A stretch of DNA of 43,065 nucleotides from an uncultured Clostridia bacterium. GTDB lineage: Bacteria; Bacillota; Clostridia; Christensenellales; UBA1242. The DNA is taken from NCBI GenBank assembly GCA_947623775.1, contig CANQHL010000003.1, positions 1 through 43,065 on the forward strand. Direction: 5' to 3'. The notes below the pieces were generated by a model that saw only the letters and a list, made by a program, of their open reading frames with translations, had not been told where the DNA came from and searched no databases. This document shows, in pieces, positions 37,142 through 43,065 of this stretch; the first letter of the stretch is position 1; every line of letters begins with the position of its first letter. The position numbers were made by a program, and so were the translations under genes.

Positions 37142-37243
37142 CTGGAGCCGCTCAGCGAGCGGTGCTGCCCGATAGGCGTACGCCAAGCCTCTGGCTTCTA
37201 GGCTCCAGGCAAACTATGTTTGCAGTTTTGCTGAGAGCAAAAC
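37142..37243. repeat. GC-rich cluster of stacked inverted repeats
   Basis: Outer stem CTGGAGCC/GGCTCCAG with internal hairpins, followed by two more hairpins. Confidence 0.7.
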
Positions 37244-37274
37244 AAAAGGACTTGCGATTTTTGCAAGTCCTTTT
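37244..37274 (-). terminator. terminator of tRNA-Thr
   Basis: AAAAGGACTTGC-N7-GCAAGTCCTTTT. Confidence 0.85.
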
Positions 37275-37275
37275 C

Positions 37276-37350
37276 TGGAGCTGATGGCGGGAATCGGACC
37301 CGCGACCACCACCTTACCAAGGTGGTGCTCTACCCCTGAGCCACATCAGC
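37276..37350 (-). tRNA. tRNA-Thr (GGT)
   Basis: GCTGATG acceptor stem, anticodon arm CCACC-TTGGTAA-GGTGG, encoded CCA, 75 nt. Confidence 0.96.
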
Positions 37351-37503
37351 ATATTTTAGGTTTTTATGTGTTTTTTCACGAATTTTTCTAAATTTTATGT
37401 TAATTTTTTATTAATTTTCTTTTTGGCAGGGATTACTCCCCGCCGTAAATACCGCTGCTACCATTAAATAGCTGACTCTTCATCTTTATTAGGATTTTGT
37501 ACA

Positions 37504-37694
37504 TTATTGATCTTTTGCTTTTTTTAAATATGCTTTTAAATCTTTGTTATAATCTTCGCCGTACAACTCTTTCATATAATTTCTAAATCTTTCTTGATCA
37601 TACTCAGACGGAATCATATTGTATAACAACCTAACCTCAAAATCCGTGTAAGTGGAAGTCATTGTCTTTGAGTCATCTTTTCTATATAGTTCAT
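37504..37694 (-). pseudogene. split small ORF (11 aa plus 52 aa), possible remnant
   Basis: SD-led MNYIEKMTQRQ* (37694-37659) overlaps MTSTYTDFEV...AKDQ* (37662-37504) via ATGA. Confidence 0.4.
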
Positions 37695-37769
37695 TTTCAC
37701 TCCACTCATATATTCTAGCATAAAAAATATAAAAAGTAAACCTAGTTGCTTAAATTTTTTAAATTATTT

Positions 37770-39116
37770 TTATTTTAAACTATATGCAAGTTTTTCTATG
37801 TCACCCGCTCCTAGTATAACATACATATCAGCCTTTGCTTGATTTTTGATTATTTCAGCCCTACATATAGAAAATTTTTGAAAATATCGTGATTTTACAT
37901 TGTTTTTTGCTAAATTCTCCGTAAAATTTCGTGAATTTATGTTTTTTATAGGCTTCTCTCTTGCAGGATAAATTGGCAACATCCACACCTCATCGCAAAA
38001 ATCGAAACATTTCATAAACTCATCATAAAGGTCTCTTGTCCTTGAAAATGTATGCGGCTGAAATACTGCAATGATCTTGCCATCTCCGACAATTTCTCTG
38101 CATGCCTTTGTCGTCGATAAGATTTCGGTAGGATGATGAGCATAATCATGGATGATAATTGGATTTTTTTCTTGTATTATTTCAAATCTTCTTTTTATAC
38201 CTTTAAAATCCTCAATACCTTTCTTTATATCCTTCGCATCAACACCTAAAAAAATTGCCACGCACGACGCAGCCAAAGCATTATAAATATTATGTATACC
38301 AAAGCATGGTAGCTTTATATTTGTCAATTTTTTATCAAGGATATATAAATTAAATTCATATTTTCCCTTCTGATATTCAACAACATTTTTAGCTGTCACA
38401 ATTGCACCATCATTAAATCCAAAAGAAAGATAATTTCGGTTGCCAACATGCAACTTTTCATCTTTTTCATCAAAATTGTATATAATTACGCCATTTTTTG
38501 CAGTATTTTCAATAAATTTATTAAAAGATGCAAAAATATTGTCTAAATTTTTAAAATAATCAAGATGGTCTTCTTGCACATTTAAAATCACTGACACATA
38601 ATTTTTTAAGGTTAAAAAACTATCCTTATACTCACACGCTTCCGTTAAAAACAAATCACTTTCTCCGATATGCAAGTTGGAATTGATGTTGTTAAGCACG
38701 CCACCGATATGAACAGTCGGATCAAGTCCACCACTTAACAAAATAGATGCCACCATTCCTGTTGTCGTTGTTTTTCCATGGCACCCCGCTATCGAAACAC
38801 ACTTCTTATCTTTAGAAATCATCGCCAATGCTTCCGCTCGGTTCAATAGTTTTTTATTCATTTTTCTTGCCAAAATTAAATCCGCATTATCCTCTGGAAT
38901 TGCTCCAGAATATATTATGCATTCGCTATTGGCAACATATTTCGGGGAACTTCCAATTTTAATTTCTATTCCCTCTTCTGCCAGTACGTCTGTTATCTCC
39001 GATTCAACCGCATCAGAGCCGCACACCGACACACCTTGTGATTTTAATAATTTTGCTATAGCGGATAAACTTATTCCGCCTATCCCTATTATGTAAACAG
39101 ACTTATATTCAAACAT
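37770..39116 (-). CDS. murC: UDP-N-acetylmuramate--L-alanine ligase
   Basis: Start moved to MFEYKSVYIIGIGGISLSA; GCHGKTTTT, EACE, DYAHHPTEI, FQPH. Confidence 0.95.
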   Translation of the reverse strand: MFEYKSVYIIGIGGISLSAIAKLLKSQGVSVCGSDAVESEITDVLAEEGIEIKIGSSPKYVANSECIIYSGAIPEDNADLILARKMNKKLLNRAEALAMISKDKKCVSIAGCHGKTTTTGMVASILLSGGLDPTVHIGGVLNNINSNLHIGESDLFLTEACEYKDSFLTLKNYVSVILNVQEDHLDYFKNLDNIFASFNKFIENTAKNGVIIYNFDEKDEKLHVGNRNYLSFGFNDGAIVTAKNVVEYQKGKYEFNLYILDKKLTNIKLPCFGIHNIYNALAASCVAIFLGVDAKDIKKGIEDFKGIKRRFEIIQEKNPIIIHDYAHHPTEILSTTKACREIVGDGKIIAVFQPHTFSRTRDLYDEFMKCFDFCDEVWMLPIYPAREKPIKNINSRNFTENLAKNNVKSRYFQKFSICRAEIIKNQAKADMYVILGAGDIEKLAYSLK

Positions 39117-39186
39117 ATTATCATTATATGAAAAATAAGTTTGGAATGTAATCAAGTTTTTCAATCTCACAGCATAGATATATCTT

Positions 39187-40083
39187 ATGGATAAAGAATT
39201 AATATTAAAAACTAAATTCGTATTAGATGAAGAAATTAAAAATCTAACCACGTACAAAAATGCCGGAACGGTATCAGGGGCATTCTACCCAAAAAATCAA
39301 AAAGAATTAATAAATGTATATAAATTTTTGACAAAATATCATTTCCCCTTTATCATAATCGGTAACGGGAGCAATTTGCTGATTGACGATAAAAGCCCGC
39401 TTTTTGTTTTATCAACAAAGTGTCTTGAACACAAAATTTCAATTAAAAACAATATTTTAAGCGTTTCTTCATCTACTAATTTATATGAAGTGTATAATTT
39501 TTGTAGCAAAAAATCATTGACAGGTTTTGAAAAACTTGCAGGGATCCCGGCAACAGTAGGCGGTGCCATCAAAAATAACGCATCGGCTTTCGGTCAAAGC
39601 ATTTTTGATTGCCTAACATCGATTAAAATTGTAGATAGAGGTAAAATTAAAACCATCTCAAAAGATGAAATAAATTATTTTTACCATGGCACAAATTTAA
39701 AGAATATTTTGATATTATCTGCAAATTTTCAGTTAAAACATCTAAATAAATGCGAAATTCTTAATAATTATATAAATTGTATGAAAATAAGAAAACAAAA
39801 CCAACCATCATTCCTTTGTTGTGGAAGCGTATTTAAAAACCCACCAAATTGTAAAAGTGCAGGTGTTCTAATAGAAAGATGTCGCTTAAAAGGAATAGCG
39901 ATAAACGACGCACAAATTTCACAAAAACATGCCAACTTTATAGTTAACAACTGCAATGCATCTTTCGATGATATATACAATTTGATAACATTATGCAAAA
40001 GAAAAGTGTTCTTTAAATTTGGCGTAAAACTTGAAGAAGAAGTGGAAATTATTTCAAAAAATTTAAAAAAATCTCATTTTTAA
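39187..40083 (+). CDS. murB: UDP-N-acetylenolpyruvoylglucosamine reductase
   Basis: GNGSNLL, GIPATVGGA..NA, GSVFKNP, HANFIVN, LEEEV. Confidence 0.94.
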   Translation: MDKELILKTKFVLDEEIKNLTTYKNAGTVSGAFYPKNQKELINVYKFLTKYHFPFIIIGNGSNLLIDDKSPLFVLSTKCLEHKISIKNNILSVSSSTNLYEVYNFCSKKSLTGFEKLAGIPATVGGAIKNNASAFGQSIFDCLTSIKIVDRGKIKTISKDEINYFYHGTNLKNILILSANFQLKHLNKCEILNNYINCMKIRKQNQPSFLCCGSVFKNPPNCKSAGVLIERCRLKGIAINDAQISQKHANFIVNNCNASFDDIYNLITLCKRKVFFKFGVKLEEEVEIISKNLKKSHF

Positions 40084-40106
40084 GCGATTTTTCAAAAAAA
40101 TCTAGG

Positions 40107-40943
40107 TTAATATCCTAGATTTTTTAATTTTTGAGGTTTATTTCGCCAATCCTTTTCAACCTTGACAAATATTTTTAACATTACTTTTTTGCCAAGTAAA
40201 TTTTCCGCAAACTTTCGGGTGTTCATGCCGATTTTTTTTAAGCCCGTTCCACCTTTACCGATTATTATTCCTTTATGAGATTCTTGTTCGCAAACTATAT
40301 CACAATCAATATAAACAATTTCTTCTTCCTCCAAAAATCTTATCACTTCAACAGCAATCCCATGCGGAATCTCTTTATTCAAATTATTTAGACAATTCTC
40401 CCGTACCTCCTCCGCTATTAAATACTTTACACTTTTGTCAGTGTATTCGTCGGGCGAAAAGATGTAATAAGGCTTTTGATATTGGTTAAGTTTCTCTTTA
40501 ATCAGATTTAGAAGTTCTTCCAAATTCTCACCGGTTTTTGATGAAATGCTTATGTTGCTTTCGAAATCTTTTTGACCACTTAAATCACTCTTTGTACGTG
40601 CAATGATTTTCTCACATTCTATGTGGTCAATATATTCCCTTTCCTCATCATCAGGCAAAGTTGTCCCATCAATTAAATATACCACAAGGTCAACCCCCGC
40701 CAGTGCACTCCTAACGTTTTTCATCATAATTTTATCTAAATTATTTTTACTATGATGAACTCCCGGTGTATCAACAAAAATAATTTGACAATCTTTTTTG
40801 TTGACTATACCCAATATGTTTTCTCTTGTTGTTTGAGGTTTTTGAGAAATTATCGATACTTTTTCACCAACAAGTGCATTTATCAAGCTGCTCTTTCCGG
40901 CGTTTGGTTTTCCTATTAATGCAACATAACCACTGTAAAACAT
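40107..40943 (-). CDS. era: GTPase Era
   Basis: GKPNAGKS, QTTR, DTPG, KH domain IIIGKGG. Confidence 0.96.
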   Translation of the reverse strand: MFYSGYVALIGKPNAGKSSLINALVGEKVSIISQKPQTTRENILGIVNKKDCQIIFVDTPGVHHSKNNLDKIMMKNVRSALAGVDLVVYLIDGTTLPDDEEREYIDHIECEKIIARTKSDLSGQKDFESNISISSKTGENLEELLNLIKEKLNQYQKPYYIFSPDEYTDKSVKYLIAEEVRENCLNNLNKEIPHGIAVEVIRFLEEEEIVYIDCDIVCEQESHKGIIIGKGGTGLKKIGMNTRKFAENLLGKKVMLKIFVKVEKDWRNKPQKLKNLGY

Positions 40944-41419
40944 TATTCTTCCCTGCCCAGTCCAAGTTCTTCAAGAACCTTATTGCTTGTTTCCATCATT
41001 TTCTCTTCATCTTCCTTTTGAATATGATCATAACCTAAAATATGAAGCAGCCCATGAAGTGCCAAGAAACCTATCTCACGTTTTTTGGAATGATTATAGA
41101 GTTTTGCTTGCCATTTTGCTATTTTCTTGCAGATTACAACATCACCTATATACAATGTGCCATCAGGTGCATACTCATTTTTAAAATCATTTAATGTTTG
41201 CGGATAAACTATGTCAAGCATAGGAAAAGAGAGAACGTCCGTCTCTTTATCTATCTTTCTAAATTTTCTATTTAACTCTCTTATTCTTTGTCTATTGACA
41301 AATGATACAGTCACCCAGGTGTTTGAAACATCATTGCCTGTAACTTCGGCTGCCTTTGTATAAATTCTTTTAATTAGTTTTTTGTACTTATGTCCCACAT
41401 TTTCAAAGTTGAAAAACAT
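40943..41419 (-). CDS. ybeY: rRNA maturation endonuclease YbeY
   Basis: TDVLSFP, HGLLHILGYDH. Confidence 0.96.
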   Translation of the reverse strand: MFFNFENVGHKYKKLIKRIYTKAAEVTGNDVSNTWVTVSFVNRQRIRELNRKFRKIDKETDVLSFPMLDIVYPQTLNDFKNEYAPDGTLYIGDVVICKKIAKWQAKLYNHSKKREIGFLALHGLLHILGYDHIQKEDEEKMMETSNKVLEELGLGREE

Positions 41420-42538
41420 TTATCCTCCTATATCGCGACTGACTGTAATAACATACTCAATTTGTTGAATTCCGCCAGCTTCTCTTATTGTATATTTTTC
41501 CTCTTTTATTATCTCATTTTTTTGCAAAAAAATCAAGGCTTTTTCTCTTGCTTTTTCAATTATTATTTCCCGAACGTCCTCAAACTTTTCAACATATTCT
41601 TTTGTTATAACCTCATAATAACAATAATTAATCTTTTTTAATGGTAAAATGTTGTTTTTTGATATAAAAATCGATGTTTTTTCCATTTCGTAATCATTAA
41701 AAGGTATTTCACCATGTGTTGAGTAAATTACAAGATTGTTTAAACAAACCTCCCTTTTCTGAAAAATTTTTCCGGTACGTTCCTTTTTTATAAAATAATC
41801 ATAGTGCGTTTCGTTTGCCTTTATCCACACATCGGCATATATTTCTGCTTGTGGTTTTATTGTTCGTTTATTGCCTTGCGAATCTATTATATACGGATAG
41901 ACAAGTAAATCACCTTTTTTCACAACATCACCCACATCAACCGCAAGTGTTCCTTGAATTAAATTTATATCAGTAATTAATCCGTCGTACTCACTCACTA
42001 TTGCCTCTTGCAACACCTCCTCATCAGACAAAATTCCCTCGTTGACATTTACAACAAGGCTTTGCCCAACTATTGCAACACTCACCGAGCTTATATTTTC
42101 ATAATGATTTTTTATCATTCGTTCAAGGCTCTGCGTGTCGATTTTTGATTTCATTCGCGATGGCAAGTTTTTATCAACAAAAGAGATAATTTCACTTTTA
42201 TTTAGTGTTTTTAGCCCAAAAATGCTGATTTTTAACACAAAATTATATTGAAAAGCATAAATTATCGAGCAAAATAGCAATGCAACGATAAGTCCATAAC
42301 TTGTAATTATTCTCTTTATCTTTTTAAAAGCACCTTGATAAGTTATCGAAACAACTTCAAGTCCGACTGAGGAAATTAGTTTCTTAAGCTCTCTTTTATT
42401 TATATGGTCAACTTCAAATTCACTTTCATCATGATTTTCTCTTTTTAAATTGTATATTTTTATTTTTTTGACTAAATTGTTTAATGCCCTTTCTTGATTT
42501 AAGCCCTTTACTTTGATTTTAGTTTTTCTTTTGCTCAT
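41420..42538 (-). CDS. yqfD: sporulation protein YqfD
   Basis: Single TM, POTRA-like region, IVSEYDGLI..G..V..GDVVKKGDLL; synteny with yqfC and ybeY. Confidence 0.8.
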   Translation of the reverse strand: MSKRKTKIKVKGLNQERALNNLVKKIKIYNLKRENHDESEFEVDHINKRELKKLISSVGLEVVSITYQGAFKKIKRIITSYGLIVALLFCSIIYAFQYNFVLKISIFGLKTLNKSEIISFVDKNLPSRMKSKIDTQSLERMIKNHYENISSVSVAIVGQSLVVNVNEGILSDEEVLQEAIVSEYDGLITDINLIQGTLAVDVGDVVKKGDLLVYPYIIDSQGNKRTIKPQAEIYADVWIKANETHYDYFIKKERTGKIFQKREVCLNNLVIYSTHGEIPFNDYEMEKTSIFISKNNILPLKKINYCYYEVITKEYVEKFEDVREIIIEKAREKALIFLQKNEIIKEEKYTIREAGGIQQIEYVITVSRDIGG

Positions 42539-42798
42539 TGGAAGAACTCCATTTTTATGATTTTTCCTTGAATAAGCATCGTATTTTCTGTAAGTTCATT
42601 GAGTATCATATTTTGTCCCTCAATAACCACACGTCCTCGTCTAACCTTAAAAACTATTGTGTCCGGAGACAAAACTGTCAAGCCTAAATGTCCCTCAACA
42701 TATACAAGTTTGCCTGCCATATTTACGATATTAAAATCCGCAAAGAATTCTTCATTTATCTGGGCTCTTTTTTTTATTTCGTCAAAAAAATTAAACAC
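42535..42798 (-). CDS. yqfC: YabP/YqfC family sporulation protein
   Basis: VYVEGHLG, IEGQNM, IQGKI; GTG start with GGAGG SD. Confidence 0.8.
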   Translation of the reverse strand: MFNFFDEIKKRAQINEEFFADFNIVNMAGKLVYVEGHLGLTVLSPDTIVFKVRRGRVVIEGQNMILNELTENTMLIQGKIIKMEFFQ

Positions 42799-42815
42799 AC
42801 GTTCCTCCGCTATAT

Positions 42816-42844
42816 AGATATGCTAATTTAATCTGATTTATTAA
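42816..42844 (-). promoter_or_regulatory. sigmaE-like promoter of yqfC-yqfD
   Basis: Minus strand ATA-N16-CATATCT; yqfCD is sigmaE-dependent in B. subtilis. Confidence 0.55.
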
Positions 42845-42884
42845 ATCACATAATTGCATGCTGCATTTAATAAATCAAATTCCA

Positions 42885-43065
42885 TAAAACAAAAAGTACG
42901 CTTTATTTTGCGTACTTACCTATTTCGCTTGATTATTTTGTAAAACAAAAAGTACGCTTTATTTTGCGTACTTACCTATTCCGCTTGGTTATTTTGTAAA
43001 ACAAAAAGTACGCTTTATTTTGCGTACTTACCTATTCCGCTTGGTTATTTTGTAAAACAAAAAGT
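42885..43065. repeat. 56-bp tandem repeat, more than 3 copies, truncated by the window end
   Basis: Units start at 42885, 42941, 42997 and 43053; each full unit holds AAGTACGC-N8-GCGTACTT. Confidence 0.95.

Noticed and set aside
31614-37350. Integrated prophage or ICE at tRNA-Thr
   Set aside because: No integrase, phage or conjugation genes; only a 7-bp tRNA-end duplication about 130 nt away.
39117-39257. N-terminal extension of murC overlapping murB
   Set aside because: Homology begins at MFEYKSVYIIGIGG (39116). Similar spurious extensions were trimmed for hslU, comM, mtaB, the DegV gene and the flavin reductase.
42885-43065. CRISPR array
   Set aside because: The sequence between palindromes is near-identical, so there are no unique spacers, and no cas genes are in the window.

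Overview
AT-rich chromosomal segment of a low-GC, probably spore-forming Firmicute (Clostridia-like: Alu-type large SRP RNA, Ile T-box, yqfC-yqfD). Most genes are on the minus strand. The housekeeping backbone is ileS (partial), ffs, iscS/iscU, trxA, tcdA, hslUV, topA, dprA, comM, a DegV protein, rplS, rpsU, mtaB, an ArsR-regulated P1B ATPase, murC/murB, era, ybeY and tRNA-Thr. Several conserved operons look stripped down. The main unexplained feature is a 6-kb tandem array (3124-9044) of ten paralogous two-TM proteins with a SHOCT-like loop. Nine of them end in a Y-x-E-E-I-hydrophobic tail, and the same tail ends an unrelated beta-rich protein 15 kb away (24133-24630), which suggests a portable C-terminal tag. 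The array shows a gene-conversion signature and is bracketed by two candidate structured ncRNAs. Other oddities: a HEPN-motif/CBS fusion, an orphan ADP-ribosyltransferase-like protein, a novel domain in three copies, apparently leaderless genes (murC/murB with sporulation-type CATA -10 boxes), a stacked-hairpin element next to the tRNA and a 56-bp tandem repeat. All calls are by eye; no searches were run.
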